IMG/VR virus record: IMGVR_UViG_3300049218_000083
Span: 5,861-69,860 of that record
Length of the DNA: 64,000 nt
Source of the DNA: a virus
Reading direction: 5' to 3' (one strand)
Under the pieces are notes generated by a model. It saw only the letters and a list, made by a program, of their open reading frames with translations, was not told the origin of the DNA and searched no databases. Position 1 is the first letter of the stretch; every line of letters begins with the position of its first letter. A program made the translations under genes and the position numbers. Of the stretch, positions 8,865 through 18,206 are shown piece by piece.

Positions 8865-9431
8865 TTAAACAGCAGCTGGCTGATAATCTCCAGCACCAGA
8901 ACTAAGAAAGTACTGAACAGCAAGCGTGCACGACCATTCCTCGATACTATCATTCTGACCCCAGTCAACTTCAATCGGGCTGATATCGATTGGCCAAATG
9001 CCAACGAATTGGTACTGCGCAATTTGTGATCCATCCTTGCCATACTGAGTCACAGTTGCATCGACGCCATAACCACCATCGATAACGTCAGCAGCCGTGT
9101 TGCGAACGTTGAGGATTGGGTCGTTGATACCGTTGACCCACTGCTCGAACGCAGAACGGATGGTGAAGTTTTCATCGTTGATGATTTGAATGGTCCAGTC
9201 CTGGTACTGACGGTTGCCGGCAAGCTTGACTTCACGACCGAAGTAGTAAAGAGGAGCCATGCCAACAGAAGTGCCTGGAAGCTGTGCAGCCTTCGCTTGG
9301 AAGGTTGCTAGCTGTGAAGCACCACCACCGAACGCCACGTATGATGGAAACGGAAGTTGGATGTCGAACAGGTTGGCACGTGCGCCATCACCGGTCAGGT
9401 TTGTACGGAATTGTGTGACATCGAATGAAAT
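8865..9431 (-). CDS. gp19: Tail tube protein, T4 gp19-like (start extended to ATT at 9431)
   Basis: SFDVTQFRTNLTGDGARANLF N-terminus upstream of the track's GTG; AAQLPG, GREVKLAGNR.YQDWT.QIINDENF, WP.DIS motifs. Confidence 0.93.
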   Translation of the reverse strand: MSFDVTQFRTNLTGDGARANLFDIQLPFPSYVAFGGGASQLATFQAKAAQLPGTSVGMAPLYYFGREVKLAGNRQYQDWTIQIINDENFTIRSAFEQWVNGINDPILNVRNTAADVIDGGYGVDATVTQYGKDGSQIAQYQFVGIWPIDISPIEVDWGQNDSIEEWSCTLAVQYFLSSGAGDYQPAAV

Positions 9432-9445
9432 GGTCCTTCTCCCTG

Positions 9446-9880
9446 TTAGGCTTTAGCCTTTTCCATCCAGATACGCTTTCCGGTAATTGGATCTTTCTTC
9501 CAAGTTTTACCAACTGACGACATCTCTGGATGTTGTTTATAGAATTCTCTCATCACATTACCATGGCCCAGTCGACCATTCTTAGCGAAATGATGATTCT
9601 CTCTGATATTTAGCTTTGCTTCTTTCGTGTGTCTGTAGTCGCGAATCTTAGCATTATGCTCTTCTGTATGCCTTCTGCCCAAGTGCCATTGTCTATTTGC
9701 TTCAATAGACTCTGGCGAATGCTTTCTTCCATACCAATAGGAGTCTTGTCCGCTAGGAACAGGAGGTCCTGGTAGTCTTGTTACACCTTCCGGCAATACA
9801 ATCCTACCACTTACACGCTCATCACAAATTACAATGGGTGTCAGTTCAACACCCATTACTTTCGCTATGGCTTCATTCAT
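9446..9880 (-). CDS. NUMOD3-repeat protein, homing endonuclease derivative with no visible catalytic domain
   Basis: YGRKHSPESIE, LGRRHTEEHNAKI, RHTKEAK repeats; between gp18 and gp19. Confidence 0.7.
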   Translation of the reverse strand: MNEAIAKVMGVELTPIVICDERVSGRIVLPEGVTRLPGPPVPSGQDSYWYGRKHSPESIEANRQWHLGRRHTEEHNAKIRDYRHTKEAKLNIRENHHFAKNGRLGHGNVMREFYKQHPEMSSVGKTWKKDPITGKRIWMEKAKA

Positions 9881-9883
9881 ACT

Positions 9884-11626
9884 TTAGGCGATACCAGTCT
9901 GGCCAACAACTTCGTTGAAGCTGACTCCGGTTCCAACAGCGACGAAGTTCAACAAGATGAAGTTGATAGAACGCGCTGGCTGGACATAGATGTCGCCAAC
10001 GAATTGGTCTGCATCGATGACTGCTGGCGTGTTGTTTGTGGTGTCGCAAACAACTTGGAATGCCGTAATACCACGCTGACCTTGGATTGTACGCAAGTAT
10101 GGAGTGATCAAGCTTACGAATTGTGCACGAGTGAACGTGTCATTGAACTCGAACAAGCTAGAACGTGCTGCCAAACTGATTTGCTGTTCCATAACAAGGA
10201 ACAAACGACGAACGTTGATACGATCAAACGCAGAGTCGTAGTTCAAGTGGGTCTTGTCACCGTAAAGCAAGGTTCCCTGACCTGGCAAAGAAACAACTGG
10301 GTTGATTCCTGCAAGGTAAAGAGCATTACGATCAGATTGACCAGGGTTGTAAGCAAGCTTGACAACGTTGTTGATGACACCACGCTGAAGACCAGCTGGA
10401 GACCACCATGGAGCATTGGTTGCGTCTGTACGTGCGCACAAACCAGCGATGTCGCCAGCAAGTGGAATGTAACGGTAGACGTCGTTGTACTTGTCATACT
10501 GGTACTTGTAGCCAGTGTCAAGAACAGCGTATGAGCTGTAAGCAACGTTTGCACCCCATGCAAGAACTGCCGCAAGAGCCGCACCCTGGCCTGTAGCCTG
10601 AGCCGCAGCAAGTGGAGCAGAAGCGAACGCAACAGAGTCCTTACGAACTGCCGCAACGTCTTGGATGACGTAGTTCTGAACAGTGGTGTTAGAGTTTCCG
10701 GTGATCAACAATTCGACGCTAACGAAAGTTGGATCAGCGAAGTATCCCCATCCAGTGATCAAGTTTGCGCTGGTTACAATACCGTTGTTTCCGTTTGAGA
10801 ACTGAACAACGTTTGCAGTTGCGTCAGAACCAAAGCTTGGAGCAACAAGCATTTGCGCAGTCGTGTTACCCCAACCAACAGTGTTAGCCTGAGGAACGCC
10901 GACGTTGTAGATGTACTGAGACTGAGCCCAGATGACTTCCTTGTAATAATTTGCCTGGCCAGTAGCAGTCTGCGCGTCCTTCAACTTTGAAAGACCCTGG
11001 TAGACTTCAAGAACCGTGTTAGCCTGACCAGTGATCAAGCCACCTGCGTCAACAACAAGGATGTGAACTTCGTCACCAGTTACGACGCCATTTGTAAGCT
11101 GGCTAACATAAGGAGTGGTGTTAGGAGCCCATGCGAACTGGTTTGCGAAGCTGTAAAGTGGTGAAGCTGGGTTGGTTGCAGCAGTTGTCCACGCTGCGCC
11201 ATTAGCGAACGTGATGACTGAGATGCTGTTTCCAAGACCGCCTGGGAAGCGAGCGATGTAGTTGTTAGACGCAAGAGTGGTCTGGTATACACCGTCAAAG
11301 TAAGCTGTTGGATTGTCAACCTCGATTGCGATTCCGGTGTTAGAGCCGGTTGCGTTCAACATTCCCGTACCTTGTGCACGAAGAACTTGAAGGTTGTTTG
11401 AGTATGACAAGAAGTTAGCACCTTGGAAGAATGATTCCGCAGTGTTATTGTCAGGTTCTGAGAACGTAGATACCAACTGAACTTCGTTAGAAACCGGAGT
11501 AATGTAGTTTACAGGTCCCCAGTTGAACTGGCCAACCAATGCCGCAACAGAAGTTGCAACAGCGGGAACTGAAGATACAAGACTGACTTCGTTTGTTACG
11601 ATTCCAGGGCTGACTGGGAATGACAT
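9884..11626 (-). CDS. gp18: Tail sheath protein, T4 gp18-like
   Basis: VSPGI..NE, FNWGP, YKYQYDKYND.YRY.PL.GD.AGLCARTD, WWSPAG..RG, SAFDRINVRRLF, PARSINFI.LNFVA. Confidence 0.97.
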   Translation of the reverse strand: MSFPVSPGIVTNEVSLVSSVPAVATSVAALVGQFNWGPVNYITPVSNEVQLVSTFSEPDNNTAESFFQGANFLSYSNNLQVLRAQGTGMLNATGSNTGIAIEVDNPTAYFDGVYQTTLASNNYIARFPGGLGNSISVITFANGAAWTTAATNPASPLYSFANQFAWAPNTTPYVSQLTNGVVTGDEVHILVVDAGGLITGQANTVLEVYQGLSKLKDAQTATGQANYYKEVIWAQSQYIYNVGVPQANTVGWGNTTAQMLVAPSFGSDATANVVQFSNGNNGIVTSANLITGWGYFADPTFVSVELLITGNSNTTVQNYVIQDVAAVRKDSVAFASAPLAAAQATGQGAALAAVLAWGANVAYSSYAVLDTGYKYQYDKYNDVYRYIPLAGDIAGLCARTDATNAPWWSPAGLQRGVINNVVKLAYNPGQSDRNALYLAGINPVVSLPGQGTLLYGDKTHLNYDSAFDRINVRRLFLVMEQQISLAARSSLFEFNDTFTRAQFVSLITPYLRTIQGQRGITAFQVVCDTTNNTPAVIDADQFVGDIYVQPARSINFILLNFVAVGTGVSFNEVVGQTGIA

Positions 11627-11655
11627 ATGTTATAACTCCTTGAAGCAATACAGTG

Positions 11656-11663
11656 TATTTAGG
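11656..11663 (-). promoter_or_regulatory. Late promoter (CCTAAATA)
   Basis: 30 nt upstream of gp18 start. Confidence 0.75.
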
Positions 11664-11687
11664 AAATACGGTTTTTCGCGCTGTAAT

Positions 11688-11713
11688 GAAAAGACACGCC
11701 GAAGCGTGTCTCT
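11688..11713 (-). terminator. Intrinsic terminator with cUUCGg tetraloop
   Basis: GAGACACGC-TTCG-GCGTGTCTT followed by T residues; closes the accessory island before the gp18 promoter. Confidence 0.75.
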
Positions 11714-11746
11714 TATAGAGCTTCAAAGACTTATGTAGGGATTACG

Positions 11747-12091
11747 TCATATGGAGAATCCATCTCGCCTGAAGTTAGGATCAGGTTGCCATAGGCATTT
11801 GGACCACTCAACGATTCTATTGCCATCGTAGCCACGGAAGTAAGCAAGGCGCTCAGCTTCTGTAACCTTTTCTAGATTGCCTGGCTCAACTGCCCACAGC
11901 GTCTCATAGATCTTCACTCGGATGACGAGAGTGCGTGCTTCAGGATGAATGTATGCTTCGCTGATTACGATGCAGAGCGTATCATTCCAAGTGTCATCGG
12001 GTTTGAGCAGTCCTTTGATTCGAACCACGTCGTTGATTTTGTGACCCATGAGACCCTCTGCGTTGAGACCCATAAGTATATAGCGAGTCAC
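11747..12091 (-). CDS. Hypothetical protein
   Basis: Chain of overlapping start/stop codons with neighbours. Confidence 0.5.
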   Translation of the reverse strand: MTRYILMGLNAEGLMGHKINDVVRIKGLLKPDDTWNDTLCIVISEAYIHPEARTLVIRVKIYETLWAVEPGNLEKVTEAERLAYFRGYDGNRIVEWSKCLWQPDPNFRRDGFSI

Positions 12092-12273
12092 TCGTCTGAG
12101 GAAGATTTGTCCTTGTCTCGCTGCTCAACGAAGCTGCCGTATGCGCACAGCCAAAGGAAGAACGCGCCGAACGCAAATGCGAAATAGGTGAGGCTGTAAC
12201 CAGCTATCGCCTTTTCAACCATCGAAAGAAATGCCACTGTAAATGCCATGATCAAATAGATGAACATTTTCAT
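12088..12273 (-). CDS. Small membrane protein
   Basis: Two hydrophobic segments; ATGA overlap. Confidence 0.55.
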   Translation of the reverse strand: MKMFIYLIMAFTVAFLSMVEKAIAGYSLTYFAFAFGAFFLWLCAYGSFVEQRDKDKSSSDE

Positions 12274-12593
12274 GCGTGTCCTTCTTCAACCAGTAATTGA
12301 GCATCTTCACTCGCAGTCGACTTCGACAACTGTTTCTTTTTGTCGTTGTGAACAGCCCAGTAAGTTCCGACGAACGCGCCAAGGACACCGTCTATAACGA
12401 CCCAATGGTTGCTCAACCAGATCTGGGTGGACATTGTACCAGCCAGAACGATCATGGCTGACCAGAACGCTGCCTTGCCCGCATTTCGGTCAGCGGAATT
12501 CATGTTGTACTTGGCCCAGAAGATGTCGACGACTAGAGTGATACCAAAGACGGCGGAATGTGGCCATACCATCTGTATAAATGCTGGAATCAT
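12270..12593 (-). CDS. Small multi-pass membrane protein
   Basis: About three hydrophobic helices, GAFVGTY motif. Confidence 0.6.
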   Translation of the reverse strand: MIPAFIQMVWPHSAVFGITLVVDIFWAKYNMNSADRNAGKAAFWSAMIVLAGTMSTQIWLSNHWVVIDGVLGAFVGTYWAVHNDKKKQLSKSTASEDAQLLVEEGHA

Positions 12594-12895
12594 GATTTCT
12601 CCTCGTCAAGTGATTGAAGGTACTCGTCGACACTTCGAACAAAATCATCCAGGTCGTCCTTGACCTGGTCGATCTCGACGGTTGGATTCAACAGCCGTTG
12701 CAGCTGATGGTTCTCTTCCTGAAGCTCTTCGATTCGAGCCTCGAGAGCATGGATGTACTCGATGGTATCGTCTACCGTCTGGGTCAGCTGATCCTCATCG
12801 AGATCTTCGAACCAATAATAGAACCAGTCGATGATCTTGTCAATCATGGAGAGCCAGATCCTCGTTGAGAAGCTGGCTGGGTGTTCCCATGACAA
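12590..12895 (-). CDS. Acidic coiled-coil hypothetical protein
   Basis: Heptad region YIHALEARIEELQEEN. Confidence 0.55.
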   Translation of the reverse strand: MSWEHPASFSTRIWLSMIDKIIDWFYYWFEDLDEDQLTQTVDDTIEYIHALEARIEELQEENHQLQRLLNPTVEIDQVKDDLDDFVRSVDEYLQSLDEEKS

Positions 12896-13011
12896 TCTCT
12901 TTCACCTGAACTTCCGTCAGATTGCTCCAGCGCGCAGTCCAGTAGATAGACTGCTGTTGGTTCATTCCAGACTCGATCAGTTGGTTGAAATGAGTGCGGA
13001 CTTGGTCCGAC

Positions 13012-13206
13012 TTAGTTGTTTGCTGCTGCTGCTCCATAAAGTCCCTTCATGTCGTGAATGCCGCGACTGCGTAGCCAACTGCGTGCCTCGTTGATCTTGC
13101 TGTCGAACTGCCGTGGCTGCTCGACGGTTTTGATGATCTGTCCCTTGACAGTCTTCGTCTCTTCATCCAATTGCGCTTGGTCCACCACTTTGAGAAATCG
13201 TATCAT
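13012..13206 (-). CDS. Hypothetical protein
   Basis: Overlap-coupled small ORF. Confidence 0.45.
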   Translation of the reverse strand: MIRFLKVVDQAQLDEETKTVKGQIIKTVEQPRQFDSKINEARSWLRSRGIHDMKGLYGAAAANN

Positions 13207-13442
13207 GATGCTAATGCCTCCTGGATTTGCCTTTCGGATTGACGATGAAGAACGTAGGCACGACGCAGCGACTCGACATCGAATGTCGCAACCTCATAAG
13301 CCACCTTGGTATGAACCTCAGTCGGCTTGCGCCCACAATGCGTGAACCGTTCAACCGTCGCGAACCTTGCCGTGTTGGCAGCAATAAACGCATACCAGCG
13401 GTTCAATTCATCTCGATTGCCCATTCTCACTTTCTCCACCAT
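13203..13442 (-). CDS. Hypothetical protein
   Basis: SD GGAGG and early promoter directly upstream. Confidence 0.55.
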   Translation of the reverse strand: MVEKVRMGNRDELNRWYAFIAANTARFATVERFTHCGRKPTEVHTKVAYEVATFDVESLRRAYVLHRQSERQIQEALAS

Positions 13443-13458
13443 TTATTTAACCTCCGCA

Positions 13459-13505
13459 ATCATAGCTCGTCTTCGTAGAAATGTAACGATACGCAGTTAT
13501 CGCCG
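13459..13505 (-). promoter_or_regulatory. Early promoter with CGATA-N6-TATCG box
   Basis: GGCGATAACTGCGTATC-GTTACA-N17-TATGAT. Confidence 0.6.
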
Positions 13506-13673
13506 ACCGATACAAGGTATCTCAGATTCCGGAATAACCTGGTACGATCCTTTGTTCGAGGCAATGGCCACGGTGAATTTCTTCGGCGGCGAACCACAGA
13601 AGATACAGGTCCGGTATCCCAGCGCAACACGCGCCGGATCGATGATCTCTTCGCACTTGTCAGACTTACACAT
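13497..13673 (-). CDS. Small C4 zinc-finger protein, DksA/TraR finger-like
   Basis: CKSDKCEEIIDPARVALGYRTCIFC. Confidence 0.55.
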   Translation of the reverse strand: MCKSDKCEEIIDPARVALGYRTCIFCGSPPKKFTVAIASNKGSYQVIPESEIPCIGRR

Positions 13674-13829
13674 CACGTCCACAATAGAACACCTTTTTGA
13701 AAAGCCAAACGATGAAGTCCACGATGTGGCAGATAGCACACTCGAGCATTTCAAGCATGAGCTTTAGGCCACAGCATGCCCAGGCTAGCAACACCAGCAG
13801 GATGATTTCTCCGCCAGCGCTGCCAGGAG

Positions 13830-13994
13830 TCATTTTGACTGCCTTACGCAAACACCCTTTGACTCTAATTTTGTGTTTGCGATCACGGCCAATGCATCCT
13901 TACATTCCTGCTCGGATGAGAACCCAGGGACGACAGCGGTTGTTACACCGCCACCGTATGCGTAGAACAACGCGATGAGAACCCAGGTGTTCAT
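13830..13994 (-). CDS. Small exported/membrane protein (54 aa)
   Basis: Manual translation MNTWVLIALFY...GFSSEQECKDA...GVCV; below track cutoff. Confidence 0.5.
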   Translation of the reverse strand: MNTWVLIALFYAYGGGVTTAVVPGFSSEQECKDALAVIANTKLESKGVCVRQSK

Positions 13995-14185
13995 ACTCGA
14001 ATGCCCTTGCGACCAAGGTTTTCGATGTCGGCGGCAACGACTGTTGCCTTGGCTGCTAGAGCCTTCTCATCGAGACCCTGATAAATGCCAGCCTTCTTTG
14101 TGATGGCTCGCTGATCGTTCAGACGACGGCCAAGAGCACCAGTGCGTCGCTTGGAAATTCGACTCACGCTGTTACGCATGCCCAT
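13991..14185 (-). CDS. Basic hypothetical protein
   Basis: Overlap-coupled ORF. Confidence 0.5.
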   Translation of the reverse strand: MGMRNSVSRISKRRTGALGRRLNDQRAITKKAGIYQGLDEKALAAKATVVAADIENLGRKGIRV

Positions 14186-14445
14186 TAGTGAACCCTCTGC
14201 ATGACGATCATCTTGTGACCGACCTGCTTGGAAGTGAGGACGAAGGTCAGGATGCTGGGACCATCGATGCGCTCCTGGACCTGGAATCGGACAGCTGCAC
14301 CGTTGCGAAGCTGCAGATCCAAACCAAACTCGTCACCGAAGTCCTCGAAGATGGCTGACGGACCACGAACAGTCGCCAAGTCATCGGCATTGGCCATCAG
14401 AGTCTTGTTGGTGGGATCGATAGTAAACATGGTTGCTGGGAACAT
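14185..14445 (-). CDS. Hypothetical protein, probable paralog of 20344..20655
   Basis: Shared FT...KTL..(A/E)A.DL...GL...F pattern. Confidence 0.55.
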   Translation of the reverse strand: MFPATMFTIDPTNKTLMANADDLATVRGPSAIFEDFGDEFGLDLQLRNGAAVRFQVQERIDGPSILTFVLTSKQVGHKMIVMQRVH

Positions 14446-14459
14446 TTCACTCTCTCCAT

Positions 14460-14726
14460 TTATGTAATCGTCACAGTAACTGTACGCTTCTTTTCCAAAG
14501 AAAGCTTCACTTTTTCTACGATCTTAATGTTGAAGTCAATGTGTGATTCAACACTACCATAATGCCTTTCGATCCCGAGTTCTTCTGCGAGTTGCTTGTT
14601 GACTTCAATCAAGTAGCAGAACAACCGCGCTGATAGAATTCGTCCAGCTTCCGCACGCTCTTTGGCAATCTTGAGTGCTTCAGTAAGATCCGAAATCTGG
14701 ATGTCTTTCTTGGTTGGCTTAGCCAT
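14460..14726 (-). CDS. Hypothetical protein
   Basis: ATG with upstream AAGGA. Confidence 0.5.
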   Translation of the reverse strand: MAKPTKKDIQISDLTEALKIAKERAEAGRILSARLFCYLIEVNKQLAEELGIERHYGSVESHIDFNIKIVEKVKLSLEKKRTVTVTIT

Positions 14727-15114
14727 AACGCTTTTCCTTGTAGAGATCCGCTTCGATAGCGTCTCGTCGTGCGCGAAGTTCCTGAATCTCGTCGCGCATA
14801 ATACGAGTCGGACGAAGGAAGTACTCCTTCAGGCAAATGTTGATGGTGTAATTGATCTCAGCCAACTCCCAACGGAGCTCGGTAAGCTTGTCCATCGAAT
14901 CTCTCCTAAAGTAATCGGGGATCTACAGGCCACTGCGCGCTAGCTTTGATCGCTTCTTGGAAGTTGGCTATGGCCTCCTCAACTTCGCGCTCAGTACCAC
15001 CAGGCACTCCGTTCCGCCATGGGCGGATAGTAGTGATACCATCTTCGACGCAGACTCGCTCAGACGTTTTGAACGGAATGTGGGTCTTTCCACGTTCAGA
15101 GAACACCATGAGTT

Positions 15115-15345
15115 TCATTCTACCGTCTCCCGTATGTAGTGCTTCTTGATGAAGCCAATCACAAACATCGCCAGATGACTGAAGCCGAGGCTGATCAAAC
15201 CAACTATTCGGCCAGGGATACACAGAATCACTGAGATGCACATCATAACAAAAGCGCAAATGATGAACGTGATCATAAGCGCCAGCGCGACCAGCGCACC
15301 AAACCAAAAGAAGAAACTGGCTAGAAAGCCAAGTGCCCATATCAT
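15115..15345 (-). CDS. Hydrophobic membrane protein
   Basis: Almost entirely hydrophobic 76 aa. Confidence 0.5.
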   Translation of the reverse strand: MIWALGFLASFFFWFGALVALALMITFIICAFVMMCISVILCIPGRIVGLISLGFSHLAMFVIGFIKKHYIRETVE

Positions 15346-15776
15346 ATAAGTTCCCTCAGTTCCAGATACATGGAATGATATTTCGCCAAACGCTTCATTT
15401 CCTTGGGCCCAACGTCCTTCAGGCGGCGAATGTCGCTGTTGTGGCGTAGGTCAGCCAACTTGACACGGATCGCGTCCTTGTTGCCGCGAAGCTGCATCAT
15501 GTAGACTTCCTGAGAAAAATTCTCCTTGACCTTGCTCATGGCAAGAACGACGCGATCGGTAAAGCCCATGTCAAGGAGTGTCTGGGCTGTCACATCTGTG
15601 TCTTCAATCAGATCGTGACCGAGCGCGATGCACTGCAACTCTTCGTCGTCGGACTTGGTGTAGTACATGACTTTCAAGCAGTGAAGGATGTACGGATGTC
15701 CACCCTTGTCGAATACGCCTGCGAACTTGTTGGTTGCTAGAACAAGCATCTTGTCTAGCATCTCACCCTTCTTCAT
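15342..15776 (-). CDS. HD-domain hydrolase, SpoT/MESH1-like small alarmone hydrolase family
   Basis: DKGG.PYILH, ALGHDLIEDT, VKLADLRHN motifs. Confidence 0.85.
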   Translation of the reverse strand: MKKGEMLDKMLVLATNKFAGVFDKGGHPYILHCLKVMYYTKSDDEELQCIALGHDLIEDTDVTAQTLLDMGFTDRVVLAMSKVKENFSQEVYMMQLRGNKDAIRVKLADLRHNSDIRRLKDVGPKEMKRLAKYHSMYLELRELI

Positions 15777-15985
15777 ACAGCGTTGATCCTTTTGGTTACA
15801 CGAGCAGCTTCGTATTCCATCAGTTGTTTGACGACGATTGCTACGATGTCTGGTTTGTACGCATAGAGCGCAAGGTATTGCTGGACACTGCGACCACTCG
15901 TCATACGAGCAAAGTCAGCGGCACGCTCCGGAGTTTCGTTCACCCAGTCATTAAGACGAATCTGGGCTTGTTCGAAGTAGTTCAT
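15773..15985 (-). CDS. Hypothetical protein
   Basis: TAGAAT -10 element 6 nt upstream of ATG (possibly leaderless). Confidence 0.5.
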   Translation of the reverse strand: MNYFEQAQIRLNDWVNETPERAADFARMTSGRSVQQYLALYAYKPDIVAIVVKQLMEYEAARVTKRINAV

Positions 15986-16022
15986 GCCGCAATTCTACTC
16001 GGTTGCTTAAGAAAGTAAAGAC

Positions 16023-16871
16023 CTAGTATCCATCGAACGCATCACGCTCTTTCATAATGTGTTTCTTCAACTTGATCTCATGTTCAAAGCAATTCGGGCA
16101 AAGATTTCCACCCTTGTAGAGAGGCAAATGATGGTAGGTGTTACCGCAACGCTCGCAGTCAGAAGTTTGAATCGTCGTCTTATCAATTCGATCATCTTTG
16201 TCGAACTCGCCGTTGTATGCCATCCACTTGGAGTACTCTTCGCCTTTCAACTCGAAAGTGTTTGGATCAACAGTAACATTCTTGCGATTTCTGTGAACAT
16301 AGCCGTTGACTCCAATGTCATACCGAACTTGTTCAGCGCAGTTTTTGCAATGGTGGGTATGATCTTTGGTTTGATACACTTCATCGTTCTCAAGAATCCT
16401 ATTCTGACAACGTTCATCTTCGGTCAGATGAATCCACTCTCCATTCTTATCCTCTCGACGCTCTTTTCCACATGCTGGACACTCTCGACCTTCTGGATAT
16501 TGATTATCCAGACATTGACCATCTTTGTCGATAGTCTGTTGTTCAGGGAAGAAGAGGTCGATAGGCTTGTCCAGATAGGACGCCTTTACAACCCAGCCGT
16601 GACGTTTGATGATCTCGATGCCGATAGTTGGTAGAGCCTCAAGTAATCCCTTCTCATCGATCGCAGGCGACTGTCTAATTCGGTAGAATAGGAAGTCCGC
16701 GTCTTTACGCTTTCCCTCCTTGTACAAGCAGCCACCTGTGAATGCTACGTGGCAACCAAACTCTGGGCAGATAGCCTCGATGGCTTTGGCCAGTTCGATT
16801 GCGTCTTCCCGCTCCCAAGGATGTTCCTTGTCCTTGATGAGCAATTCTTCCAGAGCACTAAGCGACGGCAT
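16023..16871 (-). CDS. Nucleotidyltransferase-like domain fused to Cys/His zinc-ribbon repeats
   Basis: hTGG.LY...RKDADF (GG/DxD pattern of Pol-beta NTases); C-terminal CxxC pairs; start placed at MPSL. Confidence 0.55.
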   Translation of the reverse strand: MPSLSALEELLIKDKEHPWEREDAIELAKAIEAICPEFGCHVAFTGGCLYKEGKRKDADFLFYRIRQSPAIDEKGLLEALPTIGIEIIKRHGWVVKASYLDKPIDLFFPEQQTIDKDGQCLDNQYPEGRECPACGKERREDKNGEWIHLTEDERCQNRILENDEVYQTKDHTHHCKNCAEQVRYDIGVNGYVHRNRKNVTVDPNTFELKGEEYSKWMAYNGEFDKDDRIDKTTIQTSDCERCGNTYHHLPLYKGGNLCPNCFEHEIKLKKHIMKERDAFDGY

Positions 16872-17038
16872 CTTCGCCTCTATACCATGTCTGACATGAA
16901 TTACATTCGAAGAGTTCCGGATCATCCTTATCCGGCTTGTGAAACACGTTGCAACCACACTCACATCTGAATGTCACACCGTTGACTTTCGGCATGAACT
17001 GATGGAGCGTGCCATCTTCATGTAATAAAGGTTCCATG

Positions 17039-17221
17039 TTACATCAGGTGTAGAATAATGCCGGCGAATATTGCGCAGACAATCAACCAAACCAGACCCA
17101 GCAAACCGATACCAACGCAGTTGTCGCTGTCAAGTTTGTAGTGGGCTGGAAGCAGCGTTGCACAAGCCAAGCCAAAACCACCAGCCAAGAGAAGAATCAA
17201 AACAAATATTAAGTGATCCAT
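17039..17221 (-). CDS. Small two-helix membrane protein
   Basis: Two hydrophobic stretches. Confidence 0.5.
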   Translation of the reverse strand: MDHLIFVLILLLAGGFGLACATLLPAHYKLDSDNCVGIGLLGLVWLIVCAIFAGIILHLM

Positions 17222-17469
17222 GATTTCCTGATTTCCCGCATCTTTAGAGCCAATTGCTTGCGGTCAATAAGGACCGCACCATTTCGTATAGCTTCATCAC
17301 GCTTGGTCAGCGAAACATCATAGTGTGGGAAGGATGATGGTTGGAACCAGGCACGCTTCAAACCGATCAGGTCAGCCATTGCATGTAGCTCGACAAGCGT
17401 ATCGGCTATCATGTGACACATGATCAGGCGTCGGTACGGTGCCCGCATATCATCTACGTAAACACTCAT
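17209..17469 (-). CDS. DUF4031-like protein
   Basis: VYVDD...MCHMIADT..ELHAMA..IG..R.WFQ...HYD....R..AI..GA. Confidence 0.8.
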   Translation of the reverse strand: MSVYVDDMRAPYRRLIMCHMIADTLVELHAMADLIGLKRAWFQPSSFPHYDVSLTKRDEAIRNGAVLIDRKQLALKMREIRKSWIT

Positions 17470-17718
17470 GACAAATTATAACCTAAGATGGACTCAAAGG
17501 GTGAGCCTCGTTGTCGAAGCCCACCGATTCAGCCTTACTTCTGACCGACTACTGGAGCATTCAAGAACGGGATCGGAGCGGCATCGCGAAATACATCAAT
17601 TTGTCATCAATCTTCCGCTTGCAATATTTGCCATAGTACAGCTTGATGCCCAAAGGTAACAGAACGAACAGGTCGAGTAAGATGCAAACGGAAACAACAA
17701 TCATCGGCCACGTGTGAA

Positions 17719-18204
17719 TCATTGTACGCAGCTCCTGGAGTGGTCCAGATCTATACCGATCCTAGCGTTGTTTTCGACGGTGTAGATCTTGTACGACAGC
17801 GCGCTGTACTGCCATACACGCTGCACAACCATGTAGTCAGGGTTTTCGACAACGAGGCTGTCAATTCCCTTGCTCACCAGGTAATGACCGGCAGCAAAGA
17901 GGCTCATTCCGATATAGACCTGGCGAGTTGTTGGATGGTTGCTGATCATTGACAACTGGCCGATTTCTTCGAAGCATGCACCGTTCTTTGCGATCTGCAA
18001 AGTCTGCATCGTGTCGACGACGTTCAGCAACTGCCAGACGATTTCCGCAGCAGTCGTTTCACGGTTGGCGAAGCCAACATAAAAGTGCGTGCGGTAAACT
18101 TTTGGAGAGTCAGTCCCGTCAATGTCATCAGCTTTCGCTATTGAGAAGGTTGACAAGACGAGCAGGAGCGATGTTAGCGCTCCGCCCAGGAAATTGGTCT
18201 TCAT
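17719..18204 (-). CDS. Signal-peptide membrane protein
   Basis: N-terminal signal (..IAKA-DD) and internal hydrophobic helices. Confidence 0.55.
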   Translation of the reverse strand: MKTNFLGGALTSLLLVLSTFSIAKADDIDGTDSPKVYRTHFYVGFANRETTAAEIVWQLLNVVDTMQTLQIAKNGACFEEIGQLSMISNHPTTRQVYIGMSLFAAGHYLVSKGIDSLVVENPDYMVVQRVWQYSALSYKIYTVENNARIGIDLDHSRSCVQ

Positions 18205-18206
18205 GG

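Noticed and set aside
8763-9431. tRNA-Ile(GAT) acting as a dedicated initiator for the ATT start of adjacent gp19
   Set aside because: The tRNA has a paired G1:C72 and lacks the three consecutive G-C anticodon-stem pairs of initiator tRNAs; adjacency is probably coincidental.
9446-9880. Group I intron or intein associated with the endonuclease ORFs
   Set aside because: Flanking genes are uninterrupted and the endonucleases are free-standing; gp17 has normal length with no intein motifs.
13916-13987. 14-nt direct repeat CCTGGGTTCTCATC
   Set aside because: Only two copies, read in different frames within one small ORF; no att or mobile-element context.
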